This document shows, piece after piece, positions 1 to 12,691 of a stretch of DNA of 64,000 nucleotides. Origin of the DNA: an uncultured virus (IMG/VR IMGVR_UViG_3300032038_000013) (taxonomy: Duplodnaviria > Heunggongvirae > Uroviricota > Caudoviricetes). Every line of letters starts with the position of its first letter. Position 1 is the stretch's first letter. Made by a program: the position numbers and the translations under genes. The notes below the pieces were generated by a model. The model was not told where the DNA came from. It did not search any database and worked only from the letters and a program-made list of their open reading frames with translations. Location of the stretch: the IMG/VR virus record IMGVR_UViG_3300032038_000013. One strand, 5' to 3'.

Positions 1-165
1 CAGGCGAAACAGAACCAACTGGAGCAACTGAAGCAACAGGCGAAACAGAACCAACTGGAGCAACTGAAGCAACAGGCGAAACAGAACCAACTGGAGCAAC
101 TGAAGCAACAGGCGAAACAGAACCAACTGGAGCAACTGAAGCAACAGGCGAAACAGAACCAACCG
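1..165 (+). repeat. 36-bp tandem repeat, about 4.5 copies, coding [12 protein letters not shown]
   Basis: ggcgaaacagaaccaactggagcaactgaagcaaca repeated. Confidence 0.95.
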
Positions 166-551
166 GTCCAACAGGATCTACTGGAGAAGTAATTACTGAA
201 GATAATAATTATTATTTATTTATAGGTACTGAAACACCAGAAAACCCAAATCCAGCAAAAAGTCTTGTAACTAATGCAAATGAAGCAGGATGGCATAATT
301 TAGGAGAATCAATTGCATCATATAATGCAGGCAATCCAGCATTTAATGGTGGTGCAAATACAATAACATTAGATCCAGAATTTAATGATGTTGAATGTGT
401 AGTAATTATACCTACTGAAATGAATATCTATGATGGCATGGGAGCTAAAGATAGTTCATTCGTACAACAAGGAATTATAACAATTAATGATAAGGAATAC
501 AAAGTATTAACTAAGACTGTTGCAGGTGAATTTGGATTAAATATATTCTAA
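3..551 (+). CDS. 3' end of a modular virion/surface protein ([12 protein letters not shown] repeats plus C-terminal module paralogous to 4019..6550); start lies outside the window
   Basis: Frame from base 3 is open to TAA at 549-551; C-terminus [11 protein letters not shown]...GEFGLNIF matches the C-terminus of the 4019 ORF; not in the ORF track. Confidence 0.85.
   Translation, partial: GETEPTGATEATGETEPTGATEATGETEPTGATEATGETEPTGATEATGETEPTGPTGSTGEVITEDNNYYLFIGTETPENPNPAKSLVTNANEAGWHNLGESIASYNAGNPAFNGGANTITLDPEFNDVECVVIIPTEMNIYDGMGAKDSSFVQQGIITINDKEYKVLTKTVAGEFGLNIF
263..393 (+). repeat. 131-bp perfect inverted repeat, copy 1 (partner 4177..4307)
   Basis: Base-by-base match to the reverse complement of 4177..4307. 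Confidence 0.95.
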
Positions 552-568
552 ATTAATTTATAATATAT

Positions 569-598
569 AAAGGAACTACTTATGTAGTTCCTTTTTTT
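569..598 (+). terminator. Intrinsic terminator
   Basis: aaaggaactac-ttat-gtagttccttt followed by a T run. Confidence 0.85.
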
Positions 599-611
599 GT
601 TTTAAAACTAA

Positions 612-639
612 AATGGAACGTACTTAAGTACGTTCCATT
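612..639. terminator. 28-bp perfect palindrome, likely terminator for the minus-strand collagen genes
   Basis: aatggaacgtacttaagtacgttccatt. Confidence 0.7.
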
Positions 640-660
640 CTTATATAGTGTTTAATAATA

Positions 661-1698
661 TTATTCACCTGTTGCACCTGTTGCACCTGTTGCACCAGTA
701 TTACCTGCAGCAGCTTCAAGAGCAGAAACACGAGCAGCAAGATCAGCCAAAGCAGCTGCAACTACTTGTTCGTTATCAATAACGTCTTGCTTAAGTGCAT
801 AAGCTTCAAGAGCAGAAGCATCAAATGTACCAGTATCACCCTTAGGACCTTGAATACCAGTATCACCCTTAGGACCTGTTGCACCTGTATCACCTTTAGG
901 ACCTGGAGCACCATCATTACCTGTATCACCTTTAGGACCTGGAGCACCATCATTACCTGTATCACCCTTAGGACCTGGAGCACCATCATTACCTGTATCA
1001 CCTTTAGGACCTTGCTCACCTTGTTGACCACTTTCTCCTTGTGGACCTTGAATACCTGTATCTCCCTTAGGACCTGTTGCACCGGTATCTCCCTTAGGAC
1101 CAGCTTCACCTGTATCACCTTTAATACCTGTTACTTCACCATGTTCAGATACCCAATCAGCAATTTCCTTTAATGTATCAAATGTTTCAGGAGCGCCTCC
1201 AACAACATCAGCAATCTTTTCTGTAACAAAATCTTTTGTTGCATAATCTTCAAGAGCAGAAGCATCAAATGTACCTGTATCACCCTTAGGACCTTGAATA
1301 CCAGTATCACCCTTAGGACCTGTTGCACCGGTATCTCCCTTAGGACCTTGAGCACCATCAGCACCTGTTGCACCTGTATCACCCTTAGGACCTTGAGCAC
1401 CATCAGCACCTGTTGCACCTGTATCACCCTTAGGACCTTGAGCACCAGCTTGTCCTTCTAAGCTTTTAATCCAATTGATTAAATCAGCAGTATCGTTAAT
1501 TACAACATTTTCTGCAACTTCGATACCATTCCAATCAATGTCGATTGCTGATAAAAGTTTATAAAACTCTTCAGATGCTAAATATTCTTCAAGTGTACCT
1601 GAGAAATTAGTTTGTGAAATTTTATTTCCTAATTTTACACCTGTTCTTTTATTAGGAAGATTAGTGAATTTAACACCATTAATTGTAATTTCAGCCAT
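661..1698 (-). CDS. Collagen-like (Gly-X-Y) virion fibre/decoration protein
   Basis: GPKGDTG repeats; APETFDTLKEIA motif typical of phage fibre proteins. Confidence 0.8.
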   Translation of the reverse strand: MAEITINGVKFTNLPNKRTGVKLGNKISQTNFSGTLEEYLASEEFYKLLSAIDIDWNGIEVAENVVINDTADLINWIKSLEGQAGAQGPKGDTGATGADGAQGPKGDTGATGADGAQGPKGDTGATGPKGDTGIQGPKGDTGTFDASALEDYATKDFVTEKIADVVGGAPETFDTLKEIADWVSEHGEVTGIKGDTGEAGPKGDTGATGPKGDTGIQGPQGESGQQGEQGPKGDTGNDGAPGPKGDTGNDGAPGPKGDTGNDGAPGPKGDTGATGPKGDTGIQGPKGDTGTFDASALEAYALKQDVIDNEQVVAAALADLAARVSALEAAAGNTGATGATGATGE

Positions 1699-1809
1699 AT
1701 TGTGTTATATAAATATATTTTAAGTTTCTTAATATTTTGTATTAAGTTGTAATATATAATTAAAAATAAAAATATTAATAATCATACATTACAACTTAAA
1801 TTAATATGA

Positions 1810-3957
<2,148 letters not shown>

Positions 3958-3991
3958 ATATATTGTATTAATATGTTTTTCTTAATTTTTT

Positions 3992-4019
3992 AAGAATAGC
4001 GTCTTGAGACGCTATTCTT
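3992..4019 (-). terminator. Hairpin immediately after the 4019 ORF stop
   Basis: aagaatagcgtct-tg-agacgctattctt. Confidence 0.65.
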
Positions 4020-6550
4020 TAATATATGTTGAATCCAAATTCACCTTCGACAGTATTAGTTAATACTTTATAGTCTTTACCATTAATATTCATTGAAGAA
4101 CTTTGTGTAAATGAACCAAGTGCATTTCCCATACCATCATATATATTCATTTCTACAGGTATAACAACAAAACATGCAACATCATTAAATTCTGGATCTA
4201 ATGTTATTGTATTTGCACCACCATTAAATGCTGGATTGCCTGCATTATATGATGCAATTGATTCTCCTAAATTATGCCATCCTGCTTCATTTGCATTAGT
4301 TACAAGATGTTCAGCTGGATTTTGATTTTCAGGATTTTCAGTACCTATAAATAAGTAATAATTATTATCGGTTTCGCCGCCGCCTTGTTCGCCGCCGCCT
4401 TGTTCGCCGCCGCCTTGTTCGCCGCCGCCTTGACCATTACAATATATTAAATTAGTCATTTCACCTTCAACATTATTACTTAATACTTTATATTGATGAT
4501 CTCCAATTGTTATTTCTTCAATATAATTCCAAGTAATTTGGTTTCCAAGTCCATCATATATATTCATTTCTACTGGAATTGCTACATAGCAATCAACATA
4601 ATCAAAATTAGCATTAAGACATACTGTATTTAATCCACCATTATATGCAGGATTACTTGCATTATATATAGATATGTCTGAACCTATACTTCTCCAACCC
4701 ATAGAGTTCATTTCAGCAATAAGTGGTTTATTATTTGCTGCTACGTCATCATTAGGATTTGTTTCTGATGTAGGTTTATTTAATCCAATATAAATTAAAT
4801 AATCATTTAAATCTAATGTAACTTTAGGTGTATCAGGATCTTCCGGAGTTGGTTCTATATCAATATCTTTTCCTTCTTGTACATAAATCTTATCGACAAA
4901 TTTTGCATCTTTATTACCTGTTATATATACATTATAAGTATTGCTACTAATAAGTGTAGTATATACAATAGTATATGGAGACTCTGCTTCTAAATCAGGA
5001 TTTGTTAAATCAACACCTTCAGCATTGAATATACCAAATCCCTTAGGAATAGCAATATAGAATATCTTACTATCAAGTGTTTCTCCGTATGTTAATGGTT
5101 CATCAGCAGTTGGTTGCTTTGTAATTTGCATCCAGCCTTCTTCATGAAGAGGATCTGAATTATAAGTTGGCTTGTTCTTACCTATGTACCAATAAAGACC
5201 ACGAGCAGTTTCTTTTGTTTGTGGTTTACCAAAGTTAAAGTAAACATTAAGTCTTTGTTTATTGTACATTGTTACTGGAGTTCTCCATACATCATAAAGA
5301 ATTCCATTAATTGAAAGAGCAGAATCAGGTTTTGTTACAAGTTCATAACCAAATTTATTATCATCACCTTCATCACGCATATTATTTGCATTTTGATCCA
5401 TCCATTCATTATCCCAAACTGGGTGGCCGTGAGCATCATCAATATGCTCATAATCTTGTGGCTTACATGGATATAATGAATCAACCCATTCTTTATTATT
5501 ACCATTTTCAGCAGCCCATTCATTAATTGACTTACCTTCTGCTTTAGCTCCTGAAGTTACATATTCAGTTGAGCCTGCAGCTGTTGGAATATAACGAGGA
5601 ACTGCTACATACCACCAATTATATTTTGCTTTACCACCATCAACACCAGCAATTAATTGTCCATCTTGAATAAGATGCAATGGGTGGTGGAACCATTTAT
5701 TAGCACGAAGCGGACCATCAATACCAAAATCAAGATCTTCTACTGACTTAATATTAACACCATCTGCTTCATAAACAACTTTTCTATATACGAATGTTCC
5801 AAAGTTATCATCCCATGTAAATCCAAGTTCTTCCATGAATGAATCATTCTTGTAAGGGTTAATATTACCAGCATACCAATATAATGTTTCATTTGATGGT
5901 TTAACATTTTCATCAGCACCTGAAACAACATTATCAATCTTATGAGATACTTTATCTGAAATTGAACTAATTTCATCAGAAACAAGATTTACATAATCAA
6001 TATTATTTCTAACTTCATTAATACGTTTAAGTAATTCAGCTTCCATAGCATCACTGATATCTTCAGGACTAACAATCTTTTCAGGAATCATTGCTTCGAA
6101 TAATTCTTTTGCAATATTATATTCTTTGCAACGAACAACTGCATTAAGTTTATTAGCATCTAAAAGGTCATTAGCTAAAACTAAAATTTCATGAATTTCA
6201 TTATCTAATGATTGTGCAAATGTTAAGTTCTCACGAGCAGTAAAAATATTACCACCATTTGAGAAATTATCATCAAAATCATTTTCATTTAAATCTGATA
6301 ATAATGCATACAACTTTGCATATTTAGGATCATTTTGTTCAAATAATCCAATAGCGTTTTTAAGTTTGTTATATACATTGACAGAATTAGTGATAGCTTT
6401 TTCAGCAGCAATTTGTGCTTTTGTTAAAGGACGTTTTAATGCATTAGCAGCTTCAATAATTGCTTGAACATCAAGAATGTTCTTTTTAGCTGCAAGTAAT
6501 ACTGCATAAGCAGTCTCTTTATCAACATATGCTTCACCAATTATACCCAT
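4019..6550 (-). CDS. Large modular protein with 3-4 repeated Y(W/L)Y(I/A)G...P modules; likely structural
   Basis: Long ORF, likely start MGIIGE at 6550; repeated modules; GGGEQ linker. Confidence 0.7.
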   Translation of the reverse strand: MGIIGEAYVDKETAYAVLLAAKKNILDVQAIIEAANALKRPLTKAQIAAEKAITNSVNVYNKLKNAIGLFEQNDPKYAKLYALLSDLNENDFDDNFSNGGNIFTARENLTFAQSLDNEIHEILVLANDLLDANKLNAVVRCKEYNIAKELFEAMIPEKIVSPEDISDAMEAELLKRINEVRNNIDYVNLVSDEISSISDKVSHKIDNVVSGADENVKPSNETLYWYAGNINPYKNDSFMEELGFTWDDNFGTFVYRKVVYEADGVNIKSVEDLDFGIDGPLRANKWFHHPLHLIQDGQLIAGVDGGKAKYNWWYVAVPRYIPTAAGSTEYVTSGAKAEGKSINEWAAENGNNKEWVDSLYPCKPQDYEHIDDAHGHPVWDNEWMDQNANNMRDEGDDNKFGYELVTKPDSALSINGILYDVWRTPVTMYNKQRLNVYFNFGKPQTKETARGLYWYIGKNKPTYNSDPLHEEGWMQITKQPTADEPLTYGETLDSKIFYIAIPKGFGIFNAEGVDLTNPDLEAESPYTIVYTTLISSNTYNVYITGNKDAKFVDKIYVQEGKDIDIEPTPEDPDTPKVTLDLNDYLIYIGLNKPTSETNPNDDVAANNKPLIAEMNSMGWRSIGSDISIYNASNPAYNGGLNTVCLNANFDYVDCYVAIPVEMNIYDGLGNQITWNYIEEITIGDHQYKVLSNNVEGEMTNLIYCNGQGGGEQGGGEQGGGEQGGGETDNNYYLFIGTENPENQNPAEHLVTNANEAGWHNLGESIASYNAGNPAFNGGANTITLDPEFNDVACFVVIPVEMNIYDGMGNALGSFTQSSSMNINGKDYKVLTNTVEGEFGFNIY
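4177..4307 (-). repeat. 131-bp perfect inverted repeat, copy 2 (partner 263..393)
   Basis: Direct comparison. Confidence 0.95.
4373..4432 (-). repeat. 15-bp GC-rich tandem repeat coding GGGEQ
   Basis: ttcgccgccgccttg repeated about 4 times. Confidence 0.9.
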
Positions 6551-6734
6551 GTATATGTTAATAGATTTATTATTTTTCATACATAAATATAAATTTTTTT
6601 GTAACGTATGTTTGATACTTGACATACAATAGTATGCCAATTTAATAAAAATAATAAAGTCCTAGCTAAAATATAAAAATAAAAAAGCAAACTCCGGAGA
6701 GTTTGCTTAAATCATTTTTGCTTGATTTAAATCA

Positions 6735-7457
6735 CTATTTTTGTTTAATTAAATTCAAGCCCCAGGTTGCAGAAATACCTACAGACAATCCCATCTTCTT
6801 ACCTGTAATATCATATCCATAAGTAACGGATGGACCTATGACTAAAGTTGTCCATTGGTGTCTTTTTTGAGGTACTGTAAAACCTGTCATCTCTTTGTAC
6901 TTAACATAAGGATTTGTTGATTTGATATACATTCTAGCATCTTTATCCATAGCAATTGTATAATCAAAATTGATGACATCTTTTGTTATATGTATACCTA
7001 AACTGTCATCATGATAATCAACATTACCTTCAAGTATTCTGTACTTGTCATTAAAATTAAAATCCTTGTAGAAACCTTTTGAAATTGTATCGTGATGTAC
7101 AACATAAGATGAGTCTCTTTCAGGAATTTCTATTTCTCCACCAACTTGTATGATTTGTGTAACTACATTTGGATTTAACTTCATACTATCAATTTGATTA
7201 TATAAATCTTCATTCAATAGTTTAAGCGTTTTTATATCTGACTCAAACGCAAGTTTTGTAGCAACTAAATTTCCATTTTTGTCTTGATAATACTTAATAG
7301 TATCTTTCAAGGCCTCTATGTTATGTTTATATTCTCCACTTGTGTTTGAACATTTATTTACAGAGATACATAAAGCACCTGCTAATAAACAAATTATCAA
7401 GATATAAATCAAATGTGTTTTTACTTTAGACCATACATCATTGATAAATTTTGTCAT
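6735..7457 (-). CDS. Membrane-anchored coiled-coil protein, spanin-like
   Basis: N-terminal TM, coiled coil, C-terminal amphipathic beta strands; directly downstream of the putative lysin. Confidence 0.5.
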   Translation of the reverse strand: MTKFINDVWSKVKTHLIYILIICLLAGALCISVNKCSNTSGEYKHNIEALKDTIKYYQDKNGNLVATKLAFESDIKTLKLLNEDLYNQIDSMKLNPNVVTQIIQVGGEIEIPERDSSYVVHHDTISKGFYKDFNFNDKYRILEGNVDYHDDSLGIHITKDVINFDYTIAMDKDARMYIKSTNPYVKYKEMTGFTVPQKRHQWTTLVIGPSVTYGYDITGKKMGLSVGISATWGLNLIKQK

Positions 7458-7475
7458 TTCATTTTATGAATATAT

Positions 7476-8123
7476 TTAGAACCTTTTATACTCTTCTTGT
7501 AATGAATATATGTTTGTGGTTCTTTTAATATGATTATATGCTGTTTTTAATTCTATTTCATAACGAGGATTTCCTGCATAACGTCCACCTGTACCTGTAA
7601 CATATTTTGTCATAAGGTGTTGTTCTGTCTTTCCTTTTACTAAATAGTATTTTTTCAATACTTCACAGTAGTGATTAATGGCATCTTCATAATTTGAATA
7701 TCTTTTTTGAATTATTCCAAACATTGACATTCTTGAATTTTCTCTACCAGCACCTGTAGTACCATAACAAGTTTCAATTTGGGTCTGCGCCATCATAAAG
7801 CATATATCAATATTATTAGTTAGTCCTGCCTGTACTAAATACTTTGGAATAAATTGATGTGATCTTGGAGCTTGTCTTTTAATATATAAACTTACTTCAT
7901 TAATCAATTCATTTTGAATACTATCCTTTATTTGAACTGTATCTATTTTTGTTATATTCTTTTCATCCAATACATATTCAATTTTTGGATCTTCATAGTT
8001 AGGAGTTGTTGCATTACAAGTAGTTAACCATAAGCCTCCTAAAACGGACATTAGTACAATAAGTACTACTAATACGTGTTTAATTGCGATTCTCTTGAAT
8101 CTCGTGAATTTAGTTTGTTCCAT
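7476..8123 (-). CDS. Glucosaminidase/lysozyme-like muralytic enzyme with N-terminal TM (candidate endolysin)
   Basis: AQTQIETCYG catalytic Glu segment; YAGNPRY resembles the GH73 YATDPxY motif. Confidence 0.65.
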   Translation of the reverse strand: MEQTKFTRFKRIAIKHVLVVLIVLMSVLGGLWLTTCNATTPNYEDPKIEYVLDEKNITKIDTVQIKDSIQNELINEVSLYIKRQAPRSHQFIPKYLVQAGLTNNIDICFMMAQTQIETCYGTTGAGRENSRMSMFGIIQKRYSNYEDAINHYCEVLKKYYLVKGKTEQHLMTKYVTGTGGRYAGNPRYEIELKTAYNHIKRTTNIYSLQEEYKRF

Positions 8124-8359
8124 AATTATTGTTTTACATTTAGTTTATCGCCTTATTCATATACAACTGTCACTTATATATAAACTCGACTTAGCCAAAA
8201 CTTTACACAACTTTCTGTGCAAATGTCACTCATTTGACTCTTGAAAATCTAGTTGCTAAATCATATATTTTACAATATAGTACTTTTGTAAAAATAATAA
8301 AATTTACAAATTATATAAATATTTTATGTTTATTTTTATTAAAAGAGATATATTGAGAG

Positions 8360-8824
8360 GTGAGCAAAGTATACGAGAATAGAATTAAAAACAATAAGCC
8401 TAAGAAAAATTCTAAGTATCATCAGGGATATGTTCCACAACGTTTTTGTACTAAATTGTTTCAGTCTGTAAAAGGAGAACCTATCATATATCGTTCAGGA
8501 TTGGAACTTCAATTTATACAATTTTGTGAGAATAATCCAAAGATAAAACAATGGGCAAGTGAACCAATTGCAATAAGATATACTTGTAGATTGGACAATA
8601 ATGAACATGATTATTATCCAGACTATGTTATTGAAACATATGATGGACATAAAATAATTGTTGAAGTCAAACCTTATAGTCAAACTATTAAACCAGGAGC
8701 ATTAGATTCAAGATGGCTTAAAGAATCATGGATAAAGAACTGTGATAAATGGAAAGCAGCAAATGAATTTGCACATCGTAATAATGCAAAGTTTATTATC
8801 GTAACAGAAAAGTTTTTTGAATAA
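8360..8824 (+). CDS. T4 gp4-like head completion nuclease (TnsA-like)
   Basis: YRSGLE..F...C..NP.I..WASE, YYPD, EVKP and F.IVTE motifs. Confidence 0.85.
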   Translation: MSKVYENRIKNNKPKKNSKYHQGYVPQRFCTKLFQSVKGEPIIYRSGLELQFIQFCENNPKIKQWASEPIAIRYTCRLDNNEHDYYPDYVIETYDGHKIIVEVKPYSQTIKPGALDSRWLKESWIKNCDKWKAANEFAHRNNAKFIIVTEKFFE

Positions 8825-8853
8825 ATAAAGAATAAAATATACTATATTATAAT

Positions 8854-9621
8854 ATGAAAACTCTAAATGATTTCCTTACATACAATTATATCTCATTAGA
8901 AGGTATTGATGAGGAATTGGTAAAGTCTATTAATAATCTTGATGGACAAAAGATAAATGAATGTTGTGGCTGTTGCTGTGAACCATGTTGTGATGATGTA
9001 AAATGCTGTGACCCATATTCTTATCCTAAGTATTTTTCTGAAAGTGAAATTGTTAGTATGCTTCGTAATACTCCAAAGATTCAAAATATTTGGGATATTC
9101 ATTATCAATTTAGTAATAGATACAGATTCCCAGGTATAACATTGGAAGAAACAAAAGAACCTTTATACTTTAGAGGTTATGGACTTACAGGTGGAACTGG
9201 TTATCAATCAGGAGAACCACAAACAACAACTTTAATGCCTACAGATGCTTTATATAATGAAAAGTTATATAACTATATTAAAGGTATTGTAGATGAATTT
9301 GGATTTGGATATCCAACTGTTTTAGAAACAGAAGGTAAAGTTCAAATATTCTTTGTTAAAGGAGAAGGTGGTTTTGAAGAAAAAGATAAATCAATTAAGA
9401 AAGGTTTAGAAGATGTTGCTAAGATATTAGGTAAACTTGAAGGCAAAGAAGAAATTAATTGGTCACAAGTATTAGATGTATCAATTAATAATGTTGGCAA
9501 TGTTTACAATTTCTTAATTACATGCACATTAGATATTACACCATTTCAAATGACTGCTGATGATTATAAGAAATGGCAAAAGAAATTTGAAAAGGAAGCT
9601 GCAAATACTGAAGATAAATAA
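8854..9621 (+). CDS. Hypothetical protein with Cys-rich patch and leader-like N-terminus
   Basis: MKTLNDFL...; CCGCCCEPCCDDVKCC. Confidence 0.7.
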   Translation: MKTLNDFLTYNYISLEGIDEELVKSINNLDGQKINECCGCCCEPCCDDVKCCDPYSYPKYFSESEIVSMLRNTPKIQNIWDIHYQFSNRYRFPGITLEETKEPLYFRGYGLTGGTGYQSGEPQTTTLMPTDALYNEKLYNYIKGIVDEFGFGYPTVLETEGKVQIFFVKGEGGFEEKDKSIKKGLEDVAKILGKLEGKEEINWSQVLDVSINNVGNVYNFLITCTLDITPFQMTADDYKKWQKKFEKEAANTEDK

Positions 9622-9632
9622 AATAAATTGAT

Positions 9633-10112
9633 ATGGAGAATAAAATGATAATTATTACTCCTGAAGAAATAGTTAATAAAGGGGCGAATAGATTAGATGC
9701 AAAATCTGTATTTTTAGCAGGCACAATTGATAATGGAGATTCATTGAATTGGCAAGATAAAGTAATAATTGAATTAATTAATTTAGGTGTATCTTGTGAA
9801 GTATTCAATCCAAGACGTGAACATTGGAATCCTAATCCATCAAAAGAAGAAATGGAAAAACAAATTAAATGGGAGCAAGAACATCTCGATAAAGCAGATA
9901 TAATAGCAATGGTTTTATTAGATGAATCAAAATCCCCAATAAGTCTTCTTGAATTAGGATTATATGCAAATACAAAAAAATTAGTTGTATTTTGTACTCC
10001 TAATTTTTATAGATGGGATAATGTTAGATTAACTTGCAAAAAATATAATATTGAATTAGTTCAAAATTTGCATCCATTAGTAATTGCAAATAAAATAATA
10101 AGCAAATTATGA
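9633..10112 (+). CDS. Nucleoside 2-deoxyribosyltransferase-like protein
   Basis: VFLAGTI, NWQ, FNPRR, QIKWE and SPISLLELG motifs. Confidence 0.85.
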   Translation: MENKMIIITPEEIVNKGANRLDAKSVFLAGTIDNGDSLNWQDKVIIELINLGVSCEVFNPRREHWNPNPSKEEMEKQIKWEQEHLDKADIIAMVLLDESKSPISLLELGLYANTKKLVVFCTPNFYRWDNVRLTCKKYNIELVQNLHPLVIANKIISKL

Positions 10113-10414
10113 AAGATATAAAAACATTAATAAATGAAGGTAAATATTGTCGCCTTTTTTCTGAAGTTCAAAATGAAGTAGGAAAAGGCGGTGAATATCA
10201 TACATTTAATATTCAAGATGGACAAAAGAAATTTAAAAAAGGATTTATTTATATAAATTCATCAGATGATTTCTTTGGTATTCAAGCATTAAATTCTTCA
10301 AAAGAATATGAAGAATTTGTTGGTGTTGAAGAAGGTCTTTATTCTGAACTTGATGATTTAAAGATTGGTGATACAACTGAAATTGATAATTCTACAATTA
10401 TAAGAATTTGGTAA
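10109..10414 (+). CDS. Putative capsid-targeted internal protein
   Basis: Leader MKDIKTLINE. Confidence 0.65.
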   Translation: MKDIKTLINEGKYCRLFSEVQNEVGKGGEYHTFNIQDGQKKFKKGFIYINSSDDFFGIQALNSSKEYEEFVGVEEGLYSELDDLKIGDTTEIDNSTIIRIW

Positions 10415-10417
10415 ATT

Positions 10418-10843
10418 ATGAAAGACTTAAAGGATATACTTAATGAATCATATTCAGATGGTGTATTAGACAAATCAATTAAAGCACCTGAAAAGAAAAA
10501 GGTTCAAAATGCAATTTATAAACAACTCGAAAAGACAGGCACAACAGGTAAATTTTATCATGATGATGCTTGGGAAGGCGTTGGCTTGGTTAAAAAAGAT
10601 ATTGAAGATGCATTTAAGAATATAAAAAATGCACCTCATGAATATGAAGTATCTATTGCCCCTGATGATGGTGGATATCGTAAATCAAAAGATGGTATGT
10701 CACAATGGAAACAATACAAAGTTGAAATCTATGTAAAAGGAGCAGAAGATCCATTTATGGTTGGAACACTTAATTGTCATGCAGCAGGAACAGTACAAGA
10801 TCCGTTTGATATGTACGATATGTCTTGTTGCATAGGTTATTGA
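10418..10843 (+). CDS. Putative capsid-targeted internal protein
   Basis: Leader MKDLKDILNE. Confidence 0.65.
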   Translation: MKDLKDILNESYSDGVLDKSIKAPEKKKVQNAIYKQLEKTGTTGKFYHDDAWEGVGLVKKDIEDAFKNIKNAPHEYEVSIAPDDGGYRKSKDGMSQWKQYKVEIYVKGAEDPFMVGTLNCHAAGTVQDPFDMYDMSCCIGY

Positions 10844-10887
10844 TGATTACCATCAAAATGAAATTGATAAATACATATAAATAAATA

Positions 10888-11448
10888 ATGAAAGATTTAA
10901 AAAGTTTTATAATAGAAATGGCTCATGCTCACAAAGAATTAAAAACTCGTTTTGTTATGACTCCTTGGGGTGAATATACTGGTGAGGAAGAAGAATATGA
11001 AGAGTATGTAGTTGATAAATGCAATCAAAAAGACTGGGCAGATTTCTTAAGAGGAAAAGATAAGCTTGGTGAAAATCTTAAGAACATGAAGCTTTATAAG
11101 ATTGAAAAGACTACAGAGTTTCACTATGATTTTGGAGATTCTGAAAAGAAATGGAAGTCAAATAAATTCCAAACATTAGCAATTCGTTGGTTAGAAAATG
11201 ACTATCCAGATAAAGATAGAGATTGGAATGAAGAAATGTATGCTGAAGATGGTGAAGATCTTAAGTTAGCAGAAGAATTGTTCAAAGACATTGAAGCATA
11301 TCGTACTGATAAAATGGACAAAGATGATTTCTTAGCAAAGTGGGAAACTGAATTTGATGATAATGATGAGACATCATTAGAACTTAACTTCACTAAAAAA
11401 GAAACTGATGAAAAAATTAAAATTCATATGAATGCAATTTTAGGATAA
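10888..11448 (+). CDS. Putative capsid-targeted internal protein (acidic)
   Basis: Leader MKDLKSFIIE. Confidence 0.65.
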   Translation: MKDLKSFIIEMAHAHKELKTRFVMTPWGEYTGEEEEYEEYVVDKCNQKDWADFLRGKDKLGENLKNMKLYKIEKTTEFHYDFGDSEKKWKSNKFQTLAIRWLENDYPDKDRDWNEEMYAEDGEDLKLAEELFKDIEAYRTDKMDKDDFLAKWETEFDDNDETSLELNFTKKETDEKIKIHMNAILG

Positions 11449-11449
11449 T

Positions 11450-11806
11450 ATGAAAGATCTAAACAAGTATATATTGGAAAAGAAAAAGACATTTGAATTG
11501 AATATAGATGAACGTCGTGCTTTAGGAACACTTATTGGGACTGCTTTAGGAAATCTTGGAGAGGATGATGAAATAAAACAATTCAAAAAATTCATTGATT
11601 CTTTATCTGATGATGAAAAGAAACAATTCGATTCATTATATGATGTATTTGAAAATACAGAAAACTATAAAAAAATTAATCAAAAAGTAATTTTACCTGA
11701 AGATCTTGAATTGATTAAAAAGTTTTATGATTTCTGTTATAATAATGATATAATGCAAGATAATGATTTTGATGCAATTGATGCATTTGAAAAAATATGT
11801 TTATAA
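11450..11806 (+). CDS. Putative capsid-targeted internal protein
   Basis: Leader MKDLNKYILE. Confidence 0.65.
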   Translation: MKDLNKYILEKKKTFELNIDERRALGTLIGTALGNLGEDDEIKQFKKFIDSLSDDEKKQFDSLYDVFENTENYKKINQKVILPEDLELIKKFYDFCYNNDIMQDNDFDAIDAFEKICL

Positions 11807-11808
11807 CA

Positions 11809-12084
11809 ATGAAAGATCTTAAAGAAAAATTAATAAATGAAAGTGGAAATTTAGAAGATAAAGCTTGGGATGCTGTATTTGATTATGCAGATAAAGAAGC
11901 AAAAGATGTTTCTGAATTTTTAAGATTTATTATGGATATAATAAATGAAGTAACCGGTGCAGATATTTGTAGAGGCGATAAAGATAAGGATACAGGATAT
12001 TTGCAAGATATCATTGAACTTATTGGAGATTATTGTGAGAAGAAAAAACTTCTTGATTTTAGTGAATATAAAGATAATGCATAA
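11809..12084 (+). CDS. Putative capsid-targeted internal protein
   Basis: Start reassigned to MKDLKEKLINE at 11809. Confidence 0.65.
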   Translation: MKDLKEKLINESGNLEDKAWDAVFDYADKEAKDVSEFLRFIMDIINEVTGADICRGDKDKDTGYLQDIIELIGDYCEKKKLLDFSEYKDNA

Positions 12085-12086
12085 TT

Positions 12087-12386
12087 ATGAAAGATATTAA
12101 AAATTTTATATTAGAATCAACTCAAGACGAAGACCTTCATGAAGAAATAGGATTAGCTCTTAAAGAATTTGGTAATATCAGAAATGGATTTAAAATGACT
12201 CCAATTGATGATATTAAAGATGCAATGTACAAAGCAGGTTTCGATTTTGATGAAGAACAATCATCAGATGAAAAACTTGTATTTGTTGGTGAATATATTG
12301 ATACACAATATGAAGTAACTTTATTTGCTGCTGACCATGTATCAGGTAAATTTAAGATTAAAAATTTCAATGAAATAGAAGTATGA
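12087..12386 (+). CDS. Putative capsid-targeted internal protein
   Basis: Leader MKDIKNFILE. Confidence 0.65.
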   Translation: MKDIKNFILESTQDEDLHEEIGLALKEFGNIRNGFKMTPIDDIKDAMYKAGFDFDEEQSSDEKLVFVGEYIDTQYEVTLFAADHVSGKFKIKNFNEIEV

Positions 12387-12691
12387 AAGATTTAAATAAT
12401 TTTATAAATGAATCTATAAGTGACGTTAAGTATGCTATTCGATGGTATTATTATGCAGACGAAAAAATGTCAATATCATATCAGTCATCATTAAATAGAG
12501 CACAATCATTTGTTCAAAAAATGCAAAAACAAGGTATGAAAATATATGAAATATATGAAATACCTTCTGATAATGTAAAACAATTTAAATCTCTTATTAA
12601 TAAGAAAGGTGATAATGAAAATCAGCTTAAAGAACTTTATAATGAATATTGGGGTAAATCAGATATAGAAAAATTTTTAGATACGAAATAA
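12383..12691 (+). CDS. Putative capsid-targeted internal protein
   Basis: Leader MKDLNNFINE. Confidence 0.65.
   Translation: MKDLNNFINESISDVKYAIRWYYYADEKMSISYQSSLNRAQSFVQKMQKQGMKIYEIYEIPSDNVKQFKSLINKKGDNENQLKELYNEYWGKSDIEKFLDTK

Noticed and set aside
1..165. 36-bp repeats as a CRISPR array
   Set aside because: No spacers; in-frame coding tandem repeat
8360..8824. Tn7 TnsA transposase
   Set aside because: No tnsBC or transposon ends; context fits the gp4 head completion nuclease
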